A stretch of DNA of 64,000 bases, taken from NCBI GenBank assembly GCA_047967505.1, contig CM106538.1. One strand, written 5' to 3'. This DNA is from Dipteris shenzhenensis. Its lineage: Eukaryota. Position numbers and translations under genes: made by a program. Shown one piece after another: positions 1 to 13,349 of the stretch (its first letter is position 1; every line of letters begins with the position of its first letter). Under the pieces are notes generated by a model that was not told the DNA's origin, ran no database searches, and saw only the letters and a list, made by a program, of their open reading frames with translations.

Positions 1-857
1 TGGGTGTTTGTGAGTGGAGGTTGAGTGGACGAAGTGACAGGAGGGGCACTGGCGCAGCAGCATCAAATGGAGCAAATTGCAATGCTTCTTTTGCGTGGTG
101 TGTTTCAGAGGCAATGAGAGCTGAGGCCCATGTGCCATTGCTGTTTTTCACCGTACGTTGATCCAAAGCCAAACTGACTGAGTGGAAGTTCAAGGAAGAA
201 CGCCGATGAGCATGTGCGTTGTGGGAAGCAAGGCCTGCCTGCCGCCTATCACCTCAACAAAAACAAGTCAGCCATGAATGGGGAGTCTGAGACTCTGAGA
301 GAGAGGGCCGTGCTTCTTCGTGTGTGTTGGGCTGTGGAACGAATGACAAGAAGGCCAGCTGAAAGTTGATGATTGTTTTGTGCTCATCATCTATTGAACG
401 TTTATTTGTCTGTTTGTTTTTGGCTGAACGTTTATTTGTATGTTTGTTTTTGGCCTGCCACAGGCGAGGGCTCTTCAAAGCGAAAAATCATTTTATTAGT
501 TTTATTTTGTAAATACTGTTTTCTTTTCCTCATTTGTATTTCAAGGCCCTCTCTCTCTCTCTCGCTCTCAAGTTTCTCCCCACCCTCGATCTCCATGCCC
601 ACATTATCGCAATGCAGGCAAGAAGCTACACCCTTGCTCCTCCATCGCTTCCAACTCCTTTTGGGAAAGCCTATGAATGACAAAAGTCAGTCAACTTGTT
701 TCTTCAATTAAGTTGGAGACTGAGCCGCATGGGTGATGTGCAAAGACTCAATAAGCATATATGAGCTATGCAAGGATGTGATGTCATACCTCCATCATCA
801 AAAGACTAAGGAAGATTGTACCTACCCTTTTGTCTACCCCACTTTAGGTGCCTGTTA

Positions 858-1196
858 GGCCTGTTTCCACCCACCTATGGCACTGAGGGTTGTCACTTCT
901 ACCCTGGCTATGGGGTTGCCCAACCGCCACCCACCTTCCCGTTTATGCGCTATGTTTCAAAAAAATGGCAGGTGGGGAGAGCAGATTGGGTGATTGGGTG
1001 GATGCCCTGCCTGAGGCTGGAGGTTCACCTTTCGCTGCAAGTGGCACTCTGACAGCCCATAGGATCATAGGAAATCTGCTGGATTCATACCACCACCGAC
1101 GGCTCCCTGCGCCCACTCCTCTTGGCACTTGGGAATTGTCCAAATGGGTTGTCCCGCATTCAAATGGGCCATTTGCCCCTGCGTGGAAACGAGAAC
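858..1196. mobile_element. Putative Tourist/PIF-Harbinger-like MITE
   Basis: TTA at both flanks (855-857, 1197-1199); imperfect terminal inverted repeat GGCCTGTTTCCAC ... GTGGAAACGAGAAC (8-bp core GTTTCCAC); no credible ORF. Confidence 0.35.
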
Positions 1197-1499
1197 TTAG
1201 CAAAAGCCAATGTAGGCCATGGGCTAGATGTGTCCCTTGTAGATGGCCACATGTGTGTGAGTGCAGAAAGAGAACGACCACAAAAGATTTATTTATTTAT
1301 TAAGCCTACCCTACAAACACTCTCAAAGATAAGATGCAAACCATCTCCATTTAAAGTTCACACCTCCCATGTGAATAGAATATTTTGACATTTGAAAGGA
1401 AATCAACTGTCGAGATTAGTTGCCTTGCTAATCGAGATTAGAGGCCTTACTAAAACGAAAAGTCTCAAGTCACTCATTGTGACGATTTCATCACACAAT

Positions 1500-1953
1500 A
1501 CTTATGCAATCACGGCTCAATGATCGTCTTGCCAAAATGCAAAGTTACTTCGTAGTGGAATGAGATGCATATCTTCTGGGAGTGTTTGATGGTTAGGGAT
1601 GCCTAGTGGAAAGTAAGCAACTGGCTCGAAGTTTTCTCTGTTTTTATTAGACCGAATTGGAAGTTGGCTCTACTGGGTGATGGAGGGAAACTCAATAATG
1701 TACTTTATGGAATCTTGCAGCTTACCAGGGCTCTCATTATGCTCCATATATCAATGCTAAAAAATCATGACCATGACAGTCAAGTATTTTGCTAAAAAGC
1801 ATGAAATGCTTTGTCAACTGTCGGTCGTTATTGGCCCCATTGAGACTTTCTGTTGTTGCCTTCCTGTCTCAGGAGGTTGTTCTCTTTAATTTTTTGTATA
1901 CTCAAATTTTCCTGTCTTAATATAGTTTCCCCCTCTTTTTATCATGAAAAAAA
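1500..1953 (+). mobile_element. Degenerate LINE 3' fragment (zf-RVT region and A-rich tail)
   Basis: Translates to HIFWEC near 1568-1585, typical of the LINE zf-RVT C-terminus; shares the CAGCTTACCAGGGCT stretch with the relic near 4466; ends in an A-run. Confidence 0.4.
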
Positions 1954-2360
1954 GGTGTGGACTTTGGATGAGTCCTAGCTATCGTCATGCACTTACATAA
2001 CACAATGACAACGAGGGTGAAATTTGAACAAAACAAGGACTAGAGGACTACACCATTGAGGAGCTCTTTCTTTGAGCCCTTTTGGGATGTGGTTAAGTTG
2101 GGAAAAGGCTACCCCCCTCATCCCTATGATGCAGATGTAGACCTCGTGAAATGGTGATGGGAGCTCACCTAATATGGAGAAAGCACCCTCCCACTAGGCT
2201 AGCGACATTATACCTTATGGGAATTGTACAATTACCTTTGAAGAGCTTTCAGATAGTGACCTAGTCTCATGTAAAGGAAGAGGCAAAAATAAAGGGAGGT
2301 CCGGTACAATCTACTAAAAAATAAAGGGAGGTTGGGTAAAACAAAAAGGGATAGACCTTA

Positions 2361-2669
2361 AGGTTAGTGCACACGGCACCTTTGGAGTGACACTAACGCT
2401 GCATTTCATATTTTTCCGTGTGAACCAAAGGCCCTGAGCATTCACTGCACAGCCAATGAACATTCTGTCCGGGAATGCCATCTGACAAGCTGCTGTAGGA
2501 GCTACATAGTTTGTGAGTGGCAAGTCTTCATTGGCTGGAACAGAGCATTGAAAGCACTTCAATGCTTTTCAACCCACTATCAGAGACCAATGGCGCTCCA
2601 AACGTGCCTCGATTACTGTACAAGTCCCAAAAACTGCCCGTCAATTGGCGCATTGTGGGCACTGAGCCT
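2361..2669. mobile_element. Putative MITE, family shared with 4625-4984
   Basis: Termini AGGTTAGTGCACACG ... TGTGGGCACTGAGCCT are imperfect inverted repeats in a TTA/TAA context; internal TTCATTGGCTGGAACAGAGCATTGAA resembles 4799-4825. Confidence 0.5.
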
Positions 2670-3399
2670 TAGAGAAAGCAATGGTAAGTTTGGGTATCAA
2701 TCACTTTATGCATAAAGTAAAGGGAAGCTACTCATTGCAAGAAAAGATCGATCATATGATAAAGCTTTCGAGCCAGGTTAGAAAGAGCGCTTATGAAAAT
2801 TGTAATGATTTCAAAATTTTGTTTTAAAAAACTTTTGTCTATCACTTATAGAAGTAACAAAAGTTGGGCATTGCTCTATAAGTGCTCGAGCATCATAAGT
2901 TCTCAAAGAGCAACCAAACTATAAAAGACATTGTATGGCAACATCCTTGATCTTATTTTCAATTATAGATAAAATGCATTTTCTTTTTAAAGAATGACAA
3001 TCTAGACAATTTCAACACATAAAATCGACAATCTAAATTTAACTTTCTGTTCTCAAGTGAAAAATTAAACTTGTCTCATATCATAGTATCAAAAAATGTA
3101 CCTACACGTGCACAAAGGAAGCACTAGTGCATATTCTCTATCACTTTTACAGTAATCATAGCCATAATACTAAAAGTTGTTGCTTGAATGGATAAAATTT
3201 GGTAGAACTATATTCACTCCTCTACGAGGCCAAAGCGTTTTGTTGCTAGTTTCAGCGTAGGCCTAGTAGTAGCTAGCCCTTGGGATAGGCCAAGTTTTGT
3301 CAAAGTCCTTTTCTTTTCTGACCAACCCCTTAATATAATTACTCTTTAAAAAAAAAAGAGTCCAGAGCATCCTAAATATACCATTAAGATTTAAGAAAT

Positions 3400-4621
3400 T
3401 AATTGGAATAATGGACAACCACACCTACACATTAAAGAGGCTAATAGTATGGCTATCGGTAATTTTGAGGAGTTTTCAGTATATGATTACATATCTTGCT
3501 TTGCAACCTTCCATCATTTCCAAAAAATATGGAATAGAAGCATGCTTCCTAAGTGGGTAAACCCATGGTGATAAATATGGGTTACTTTTGTGACACGAAG
3601 GTTAGTTATAATACATTTTTTTGGTAAATAAGATCATTCCACCTCAATATTTTATTGATAGTGCAGGAACTCATGAGGCCTTGTAGTGTGTGAGCAAAGT
3701 GGTCTGAGGTGTGGAGAACGGAGATTTTGCATTGCCTTTAATTTACAGACTAATTTTTGTGCATGGTAGTTTTAAAAATTGACAAGTTAATCATTTCAAC
3801 TTGTAAAACCGATTATGTTTAAGAGTAAACTTCATTGTATCATGTTTATGGTGGGGGTTAGCCAATGGCCATACAACTTCTAGTCTAGCCCCTCTACTCT
3901 GGGGTCTAAGATTTAATAATGGGATGTTGTATTATGAATATTTCTAGCTCGAAAAGGAGTTGGAGAAGTCGTATTGCTTGGATTTTGCTTCTATCCAAGT
4001 CAAAAAGTTCTTGTTTTAGTATCTACCAACGAGAACTCAGCTTTCCAAAATCTTTAGTATGATCCTGATTGTGCCCTTTGACTTGATAGATTGGACACTA
4101 CCTAGCATCTTTTATGGTCTTGCTAGGTGTTTCGCTAAGAGTTTAGGGTGCTATGTGAATAGTTAGGAGATACCTTTGGTTTTCCAATCCTCTTTTGTTC
4201 TCATATGGCAAATCATTTGAGCGTATGTTCTCTATCAGGTTTGTTCGAAATCAAATAATTTTTGGATCAAGGAATAGGAAAGCGAGTGAGGTCGAAACTC
4301 CTGTAACCCATGTGGGGCAAGGATGCGTCTTGCCATGCAATTGGGGGAAAATACCAATATGTTTTATTTATTGTTTTGGGAATGCTCTGATATTTGGGCA
4401 ATATTCAACCTTCATGGAAAAATTCATTGCTTAGAAGCTTGAATGAATTAACCTATGCTGTGTGGCAACTTACAAGGGCTATAATAGTCTCAATTATATG
4501 GAAATACTACAATGAGGTAATCTTTCACAAAGGTTTAACAAGGGTCTCTCTTTTTTATTGGACCGTTGAAGAAGTAGTAAAGACCTCTAGGTTCTTTGCC
4601 AGGAAGAAATGCGGCTCTTTG
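3400..4621 (+). mobile_element. Degenerate LINE ORF2 C-terminal fragment
   Basis: Broken frames give LLFWECSDIW (about 4368-4397) and AVWQLTRAIIVSIIWKYYNEVIF, matching the zf-RVT and W..RN..IF pattern of plant L1 C-termini; A-rich end near 5075-5082 beyond the MITE. Left boundary approximate. Confidence 0.45.
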
Positions 4622-4624
4622 TAA

Positions 4625-4984
4625 GAGCTAGTGCACACGGGAGGAAAAATGATGAACCAGTGCGACATTTGAGCTTGTAGATAAATAAATCATGTGAACA
4701 GATTTTGGTGGACATTTAAGAACTCTGAGCACTTGTAGGGAGCTCTGAAGGTGCTTCTAATGAGCTGAAAAGAGTTTGCAGAGTGCTACTGGCCATTTTT
4801 CATTGGTTGGGCAGAGCAATGAAGACACTCCAGCCAGTACAAAATGGAATGCGCATCCGGTGCCGAAATTGAGACCCTCAAATGTTGAGTTGCGATTTCT
4901 AGCACCAGTGGCGCTTCAAACTTGCTTGGAAATATGTGCCATCCACCACCAGCTGCACATTTTTAGCATCGTGTGCATTGGCTC
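4625..4984. mobile_element. Putative Tourist-like MITE inserted in the LINE relic
   Basis: 15-bp TIR GAGCTAGTGCACACG (4625-4639) versus CGTGTGCATTGGCTC (4970-4984), 13/15 match; flanks TAA and GAA. Confidence 0.6.
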
Positions 4985-7572
4985 GAACTAAAGCTATCAA
5001 AGCCTGCCGTTTAAGGGAGGCTGCCTTGTCATATTTTTGTATTTTTGAGCTTTAATATAAGATCTTTTTAATCAGGAAAAAATATGTTTTATTTTTATAT
5101 TTCATTTTATTTTACACACCCACCCACTGGATTTGAGGCTATGTAGGGGGACCCGCAGGTACCTTGGGATCAAACTCGTCAATAATAAAAAAGACACACA
5201 CAATCAACGGTTGGTTTGCTACTTTGCTTAGCTTTGTTGCGTTGATAGAAGAGCTGTGGTAAACGCCCAAAATCAGAAGGTGACCAAAAGAGGGTGGAAA
5301 ATAAAAAACAAAAACAGCACAGTACTCAAGAAAAGAGCACCCAAATTCTAGGATGGTCCCTTCAGAGTGATTGATGTACCTTTCCCTTATAGTGATTGAT
5401 ATATGCAACTTTGCACTCTGGCTCTCTGCACCCCGTTCATGATAATCATGTTGACATCTGTGCTTTCACTGCTGTCTCCCTTTCTCTCTATCTCGATCAA
5501 CCAGATTCCACAACACTGTGAATAAAACTCACTCAAATTATGATTCATGGATTATTCCTCCATGCGTGTGTACATCCAAGTTCCTGTGATGTATACACTA
5601 CAATATACTAGACACAGTTCCTAATCATGGCAAACAGGCCACATGCTTGATGGAGGACCTTACAGACATTGGAACACAAGCCCATGGATTTCAGCAACGA
5701 TTAAAAATGCTGGGTTGTAAGAGCATCGAGATGACAAGGCGACGTCTTGTGTGGTGATTGGATCGAGCAAAGATGAAACTTTGGGAGTCTATCGAGAGAG
5801 AGAAAAGCAATGAAAGATGAGTAAGGATTTAGTGTATGAAAGTTTGTGGATGAGCAAACTCAGACGATGTATTCCGTCGATGAAAGTTGCTTATGAGCAA
5901 TTGAGATGAAGATTTTGCTAAATGAGCAGCTAAGATGAACAACTTTTCAGCTAAAACTAGATGAACAAAGCTGCTTTGCTAATGAGGAGGCAAGATGAGT
6001 GAAAGCAATCAACATGGAAAGCTGCAAAAGAAGAACAGAAGAGATGAAAGATTGTCGTTGAAGGGAACAAATGGGCAGGAAGCAAACGGCCAAAAAAGTC
6101 TTAAAAGGTAACAAAGTTTGAGGGGTACGAGATTCTTGACAAGAGGAAAAATGTAGATGGGTGAGTTCTGCAAAGCTGACATTCCTGCTCTGGACACTCT
6201 GTTCCATCTCCTCGGCTACTTCAACGGCTCTCTTTCACTCAATCTCTTTTCTGTAGTACCTAGTAGTGCAGTGGAGTGTCTGCAGACTCCCATTGCCCGT
6301 TTGATAAGCTCATCAGTGATCACATCTTCCCATCATTCAAATCTTGACTTCTCTTCTTCCTTTCCAAAGCTCTTATTTTGTCTGTTCTTCCACCTTCCTC
6401 CTGTTCTTGCTCTCCTCCCTTCCTGAGAAATTTACACTCTTCTTGAAAGACTTCCTTCTCTCTGCAAATCTCCTCCTTGTGTGTGTGTACAGTGTGTGCT
6501 CTTTTTCTCGAGTAAGTACTTTGAAGTTTGCTTCTTGTTTGCCACATGCAAAAAGCCCAATCTATCTAGACTCTCTCTCTCTCTCTCTCTCAACATTGCC
6601 TCCCTCTGTAGTACTTATCAGGGCCTGTTCCCATTGCTTTTACCATCATTCATCTCTCACAGCTTTCCTTCAGCTTCCATCAATGCTGCTTCAATCTCGT
6701 ATACCTCTTTCCATGCGCTGAAAAAGCTCAGGCCTTTGCTTGCCCCTTCCTTGCCTCCCCCAGCTTTAGATTTTCCCCTCCTTCGTTCTCAGTGTCTTCC
6801 ATTCGGCTTCTGTAATCGCCCTGTGCCCTTCATTCATTCTTGAGCTTTCGAATGACTCCCTGCTTCGAAAATCGCTCTCTGTCTCTATTCTCCTGTGTGA
6901 CCATCTTTTTCCGATTCTTGATGAGAGCTCACTCTCCTCATCCGAGCTTTTTGTGATCGCGCGCGTGTGTTTTCTATACTTGATCTTTTAACTGAGCTTT
7001 GAGCCCAACATTCTCCTCCTGTCTCCACTTTCGGCTCCCTCCCAGGCTCCAGCCAAGCTCCACACGATTCGCCGTCCGATTCTGTATCAATCTCTCTTCC
7101 TTCCTTACGCAAACCCCTCCACATCAAGCCTTTTCCCTGGCAGCAAAATTGAATGCCTGTACTACTTTTCTTGTTCGGTGTTTACGGTCCTCTGTGATTG
7201 ACATACGTGCGAGCGATTCGTGCCTCTACTTTCTTGTCCACATTCGCACTTCTGATTGCTGCGAAATCCTGCATTTCGTACTTGGGTCACATACTGTGAC
7301 GTCCATTCCGCAATTTCATATGTCGACTCAAACAACAATCACCAATTAAGGGAAAGGGGCCTGTAAGTGAGCTAAACCAGCAAGAGACTGATAGAGCAAG
7401 AAGTACATGAATTTTGTAAGCTTGGGCTAAAGACACAGACGCTCATACCTGGAAAAGTTCATGTCGGCATAATCAAAGCGCATTACGAACAGTAGGAAGA
7501 TTGTTTCCATTCTGTTGGTTCTCTTCGGTATCGTGACAAAGAACAAAGACTCTCAAAGTAAACGAGCCAACT

Positions 7573-9167
7573 ATGGCAGATAGGAGACTTAATTATGGGC
7601 TCAGCTGTCTCGCGAGAGAAGTTTGCTTCTGGCTCATTAATGTGCTTCTTGCCTGCGCTAGAGCGGAAGTATACATAGTAACACTAGACGGTGCCGCTGC
7701 TGGTGTAAAATATTCTGTGAAGGCTGCCGAAGGGGGTTTGGTTCATCGCAGGGTTTTCCATTCGAGGTACTCTCCCTCTGTTTCACTGCGTGTCCTTCAA
7801 TTCGTGTTTTGGCATCACCTGTCCATTTGGTTGTATTCCCAATCTTAAGGAGGAAGATAGGAATGGCCTTTGCGACATGTGCACCTCTGGCCATTGCGAC
7901 ATTCTTGTTATACAACGGCACTTCTAAATTAGTTCTTTTGGAACAGAAATGTGGATCAAAGTTTTCCGCTTGTAATAAGTGGTCGGTGAAACTAACGCCT
8001 GTCTTTAATCAAAATGATTTTTTTTGGTGTGATAGTCTAGCAGCTCGAGCCTACTCTGCACAGTTGGAAAACCAGCACGACACCCTTTTGAAGAGCACAT
8101 TTGAAGCCGCAACTTATAAAAAGCTCTACAGCTACAGCCATGTCATCAACGGGTTCGCGATAGACGTTTCTGCCGAGCAGGTACCTTTTTTTTTGCACCT
8201 TCGGAGGCCTTAGCCGCGTAATCCTTATAGTTTTATTCGAAAACGTCACTAGCCATTATACTTTGTCCCCTATAGGAAAGCTTTAACGTATGCTTATGAT
8301 GGTTTCAAAAGGCAGATACCTTGCGAAGATTGCCTGGGGTGATAAAACTCGAGAGAGACTGGCAGCTCAGAACGATGACTACTCACACGCCAGATTTTTT
8401 GGGTCTCCCTACTGGGGTTTGGCCTTTGGATGGAGGAGCTACAAGTGCAGGTGAAGGAGTGATAATTGGCATTATTGACACAGGAATTGACCCAACTCAT
8501 CCTAGCTTCTCGGCAGACGGCTCCATCCCCTATCCACCTTTAGACAAGTTTTATGGGAAATGCGAGGGAGCCGCTAGTGGTGTCAATGGCAGCTTTTGCA
8601 ATGGCAAAATTGTTGGAGCACAACATTTCTCGGCGGCTGCAGAAGCAGCTGGTGCCTTCAACTCGTCGACTGATTTCGCCTCTCCACTCGATGGAGATGG
8701 CCACGGAAGGTAAATCGCAATGCAGGTTACTTTGCAGGTTGGCAGCTTGTAAGTAATTGTAGGATGATAAGGTGAGACATGATCATCATCTGCATTGGAA
8801 ATTACTGAATCTATCGTCGCTTTGCTTTCAGCCATACTGCTTCAATAGCAGCTGGAAACCGTGGAATTTCAGTCGTTGATTATGGCTTTTACTTTGGTAG
8901 TGCAAGTGGAATGGCTCCTCGTGCAAGGTAGGGAAATTAAGACTCTTACAAGGATTGTGTGCTTAAATTTAGGACTCTAAGCCCTTTGTGAGCACTTAGC
9001 TATGAAATTTTTTTTGGGGAAAGGGGGGGTGGGGGGAATTTAGTAAAATTATGGGATCGCTGTTGGTTCGAGTCATCATCGCTACTAGACACATACAATT
9101 GCCGACTGTGGATATGGTAGTGTAGGACATTTACCAATCATGTACTGACGTGTCTTGGTGCTTGCAC

Positions 9168-9206
<39 letters not shown>

Positions 9207-11982
9207 TATATGACTCACGTAGAGAGAGAGAGAGAGAGAGAGAGAGCTCTGTATGACTCACTTGTTTGGACCGACCTTCCTTCGCAGAATATCTGTATAT
9301 AAAGCTCTTTACAGACAATTTGGAGGCTTCGTAGCTGATGTTGTTGCAGCAATAGATCAGGTAAGCTGGGGCATTGAACTTGTTTATTGCTCTCTTAAAA
9401 ATTTAGCAGCGCTATCTCAACAAGATTAGCAGTACACGACCGCAAAGTAGGGGAGAAGATAAACATGCCAGTTCTTATGATAACTGGAATTTATAAACAA
9501 ATTTGATTCAGCTCTCATCATGTTTTTTGGTTTGCCTTGTCTGAAATTTGGAGATGGGGATGACTTGAAAGCTTAAACCCAACCATATCAAACAACTTCT
9601 GTTCTATTAGACACACCAGTCACCTACTTCTTTGCCTAATGTCAGATTGTCAGGTTCATGTATTTGTACTGACTCTGCGTTTGGATAAATTAACAGGCAA
9701 CTAAGGATGGGGTGGATGTGTTGAGCCTATCCGTGGGACCGAGCAGTCCTCCATCAAGCATGCACACCACGTTTCTCAATGTCTTTGATGTGGCTCTCCT
9801 GTCAGCAGTGAAGGCAGGGGTGTTTGTAGTGCAGGCAGCAGGCAACGGTGGACCTTATCCCAGAACAATGACCTCTTTTAGCCCATGGATTGTCTCAGTT
9901 GCTGCAGGAATCGACGATAGGAACTACGCAAATTTACTCTCTCTTGGAAATGGAGCTAACTTGGCAGGGGCAGGACTTGCTCGTAAGTCCCACATCATCT
10001 GTGCCAACTCTACTTGCAAGCAAAATCTCCCACATAATGAAATTCTTCCATAACCTTCGATCGATGATTTTACTGAGTTTTGGATTTTGCGTGCCATGAA
10101 GAAGCCTGAGAATCAGCCATGGTTGGACAAACCATGGGACTTTGCTTAAGAATTGCACCAGTTCCCTTTTCCTAACATCTACTCTCAATATTATATATTA
10201 TTGGCAGCTGCCACCCCTGGAGATCAGATGTATAATTTGATGCTAGCTGAGGATGCACTGGTTAACAGCACGGGCTTCTTATATAATCCTAGCAACTGTC
10301 AGCAACCTGAGGCCTTCAATCAGGCTCTTGTTAAAGGCAAAATCCTGATGTGCACGTACTCGTTCAGCTTCATATATGGAGGGTCAACAGTGAAGAGAGT
10401 CTCAGATACTGCTCAAAACCTAAGTGCTGTGGGATTTGTGTTGCTCACAAGAACAGACCTGCCTGGGACAAAATTTAATCCAGTTCCCATTGAGATTCCT
10501 GGAATTGTTATAACGGATTTGCAGAACTCTCTTGTACGTAATTCATCAAGGTCCAGCTATATGTCCTTCAGATTAAAGCATTTCGTAGCTGGCTTTTCAA
10601 TCATTTGCCTCACTCGGAAGTTAGAACAATTACAAAGGACATTGTATTCAGTCAGTCTAAACTCCTACATTGCATCCATAATTAGAGTCAAATGTCACTG
10701 CGAGGCTAATCTCGTTGCAGTTTGTTTACTTTGTCAGGCTCTTCTGGACTATTACAATTCATCGATTGTAAGAGATTCAACGGGACAAATCACAGACTCT
10801 GGAGCCCGAGCCAAAATCGGAAATGGTTTAACTCCGGAGTATCTGGGAGGCGCCCCACAAGTAGCTCTTTATTCTTCGAGAGGGCCAAATGTAAAAGACT
10901 TCAACTTTGAAGACGCAGACATTCTAAAGCCTAATATCCTGGCGCCTGGCTCTTTGATATGGGCTGCGTGGACTGCGATTGGTATAGACGAGCCAGATTT
11001 TCAGGGTAAGTTCTGTGCATTGTGAAGTTGGAACTTGTAAGTGGGAATGCTTTGCAGTGGAGCCAGATTTTCAGGAGTGGAGCTGGAATTTGTAAGCTCC
11101 AGGGTCCAAAGAGCAAAATGGTTTCAAAATTCAAGGTTTTCAAGCGCTGATTGCAGGCATGAATTGGTTGATTGCTTCAGGTCAGACTTTTGCCATGATG
11201 TCTGGAACAAGCATGGCTACACCCCATATTGCTGGCATTGCTGCCTTACTGATACAAAGGCGTCCGAATTGGAGCCCAGCAGCCATTGCCTCGGCAATGC
11301 TGACAACTGCCTCGGTCGTCGATAATAAAGGGGCACCACTCCTTGCTCAGCGCTTCTCCGACTCTGGTGCTCTTGTTTTAGATCCTGCTACTCCGTTCGA
11401 CATCGGCAGTGGAGCCGTGAATGCAACTGCTGCTCTTGACCCTGGCTTGATCTTTGATGCAGGCATGTAGAGAGCAATGTGATTCTGTGCTTGGCTAATG
11501 CCATCTGGTATACATGATTGATTACTTACACACTACGGTTGATTTCTGTATCTCTCAATTTGGCAGGTTACGACGACTATATCAATTTTATCTGCTCAGT
11601 AACGAAGGTAGACTTTGCCCAGGTTCTCAACGCGACTGGTTCAAGCTGCAGCTCGCAGGTTGGGCAGCCTGTAGATCTCAACACTCCCTCCATCACCATC
11701 TCGAGCCTTTCAGACATTCAAACTGTCAAAAGGACAGTGACAAACGTAGCCAGCAACACCGAGACGTACACAGCAACATATGTGGCACCAACAGGCATAT
11801 CGATGCAAGTCGAACCTCAGTCAATCACGGTGCCAGCAGGGGAATCGGTGCAATTCTCCGTGGTTCTGAGGGCGGCCGCCTCTTCCAATGGAGAGTACAC
11901 GTTTGGTGCCCTGTTCTTGAGGGGTGATCAAGGGCATGAAGTGCGAATTCCTATCACCATACGAGCTGGGAAGAACCGCTAA
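7573..11982 (+). CDS. SBT2.5: Subtilisin-like serine protease, SBT2.5/2.6-like (signal peptide, I9 prodomain, S8 peptidase, PA, Fn3-like), 827 aa
   Basis: Exons 7573-7766, 8036-8180, 8312-8709, 8832-8927, 9288-9360, 9697-9982, 10208-10533, 10738-11005, 11181-11462, 11567-11982 total 2484 nt in one open frame. Motifs: TTHTPDFLGL maturation site, IIDTGI (Asp), DGDGHGSHTAS (His), AAGNGG, MSGTSMATPH (Ser). Intron 9 needs a GC donor. The symbol denotes the closest recognised subfamily. Confidence 0.95.
9166..9261. repeat. Duplicated CACGT(AG)n-GCT.TATGACT unit in subtilase intron 4
   Basis: Two (AG)n tracts, each preceded by CACGT and followed by CT(A/G)TATGACTCAC. Confidence 0.85.
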
Positions 11983-12101
11983 TCACCGAAGCAAGCCTAC
12001 TTTCTGTTCTTGAGGGGTGATCAAGGGCATGGTGCGAATTCCTATCGCCATGACTCGAGCTGGGAAGAACTGCGAATCGCCGAAGCAAGCACACCTTCTG
12101 T
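11911..12101 (+). repeat. Tandem duplication (about 93 bp) of the subtilase C-terminus and stop region
   Basis: CTGTTCTTGAGGGGTGATCAAGGGCATG... starts at 11911 and again at 12004; the second copy has small indels and has lost the stop codon. Confidence 0.9.
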
Positions 12102-12109
12102 CAAAATCT

Positions 12110-12672
12110 GATCATTATTTTGTAGCTTTAGAACAATAATCAGCCCCAGCTTCGTAGAATCGCAAGCAATTGTACTATAAAATACAGAATGCATTTGCCT
12201 GTCATCCACAAAATCGCATCTTTAACAGGAAATTCACAATCACACTGCCATAAATTGCTTTGCCACCGATCGATCATTGTTTGTAGCTTTAGGACAAATA
12301 ATCAGCCACAGCAATTCGAAGAATTGCAGCACTTTTACCATAAAACACAGAATGCATTTGCCTGTCATCCAAAAAATCAGATCTTGAACAGGGAATCCAC
12401 AAATTGCTTTGCCGATCGATCATTGTTTGTAGCTTTAGGATAATAATCAGTCCCAGCTTCGGAGAATTGCAGCACTGGTACCATGAAATACAGAATGCAT
12501 TTGGATGTCTTCGCAAAATCACATCTTTAACAGTTATAATTCACAATCACAGTACCATAGATTGCAACACTTGTACCATGAAATACAGAATGCATTTGCA
12601 TGTCTTCCGCAAAATCAGATCTTTAATAAGTATAATTCACAATCACACTGCCAATAAATTGCTTTGCCGATC
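12110..12672. repeat. Degenerate tandem repeat, about 3.7 units of roughly 120-160 bp, 3' of the subtilase
   Basis: GATCATT.TTTGTAGCTTTAG starts at 12110, 12272 and 12418; CAGAATGCATTTG recurs four times. Confidence 0.85.
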
Positions 12673-13012
12673 AACCATTTACAATTTCCCTCAGCAAGGA
12701 TTGCTTCAACGTTGCTCTCCTTCAACCACATCTTACATATAGCACACAACCACACTGCCAAACTCTGCATTTTTAAGGCCTTGCCTCTGTTTGATTCAAA
12801 GATTTGTTGAACAATTCGTCTCGTCCAGATCAAAGTAGACTGAATTCAACTCACAACCGACAGCCACAATCAGATGTTTACAGTGTTCACAGAAAACCTA
12901 GAAAAATTTTAGAGGCGAGATGTGACACAAGGTCCGTTGGGGATTTGATCCTTCTTGTAAATGTCAGAGTAGCGCTTTTATTAGCACTTTGTTGCCACTC
13001 TGCCCCTTCTAT

Positions 13013-13052
<40 letters not shown>

Positions 13053-13349
13053 GGAGTTGGCAAATCATTCGAACTTTCCTATACACGGCTTCCATCGCAT
13101 GTGTTGCAAATTAATCATTCATTCATCTTGACAATTGTTTTCCTTTGACAGAACCAACTTGAAGGCAATGCTCACGAGTACTTATACTCCCTTGTTATAT
13201 GTGATGAGCAAAGATTAGCACTTTTTAAAACTGAAACCAACAAATACATAATTAAAAGATTGCTCGTATGAGCTTGTGAGTTCTCTCTTCGATAATATGG
13301 AAGTAATCATCACCACAACCTTTTAGATATTATGAGCTTGATTATGATC

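Noticed and set aside
1-720. Short ORFs and a 30-bp tandem pair at 395-454
   Set aside because: No recognisable protein motif or supported exon structure.
5135-6230. Possible reverse-oriented solo LTR
   Set aside because: Only weak similarity of 5131-5167 to the LTR end near 42104-42142; no second boundary or TSD found.
12110-12672. Repeat array considered as CRISPR-like
   Set aside because: Whole units are homologous with no unique spacers; eukaryotic context and no cas genes.
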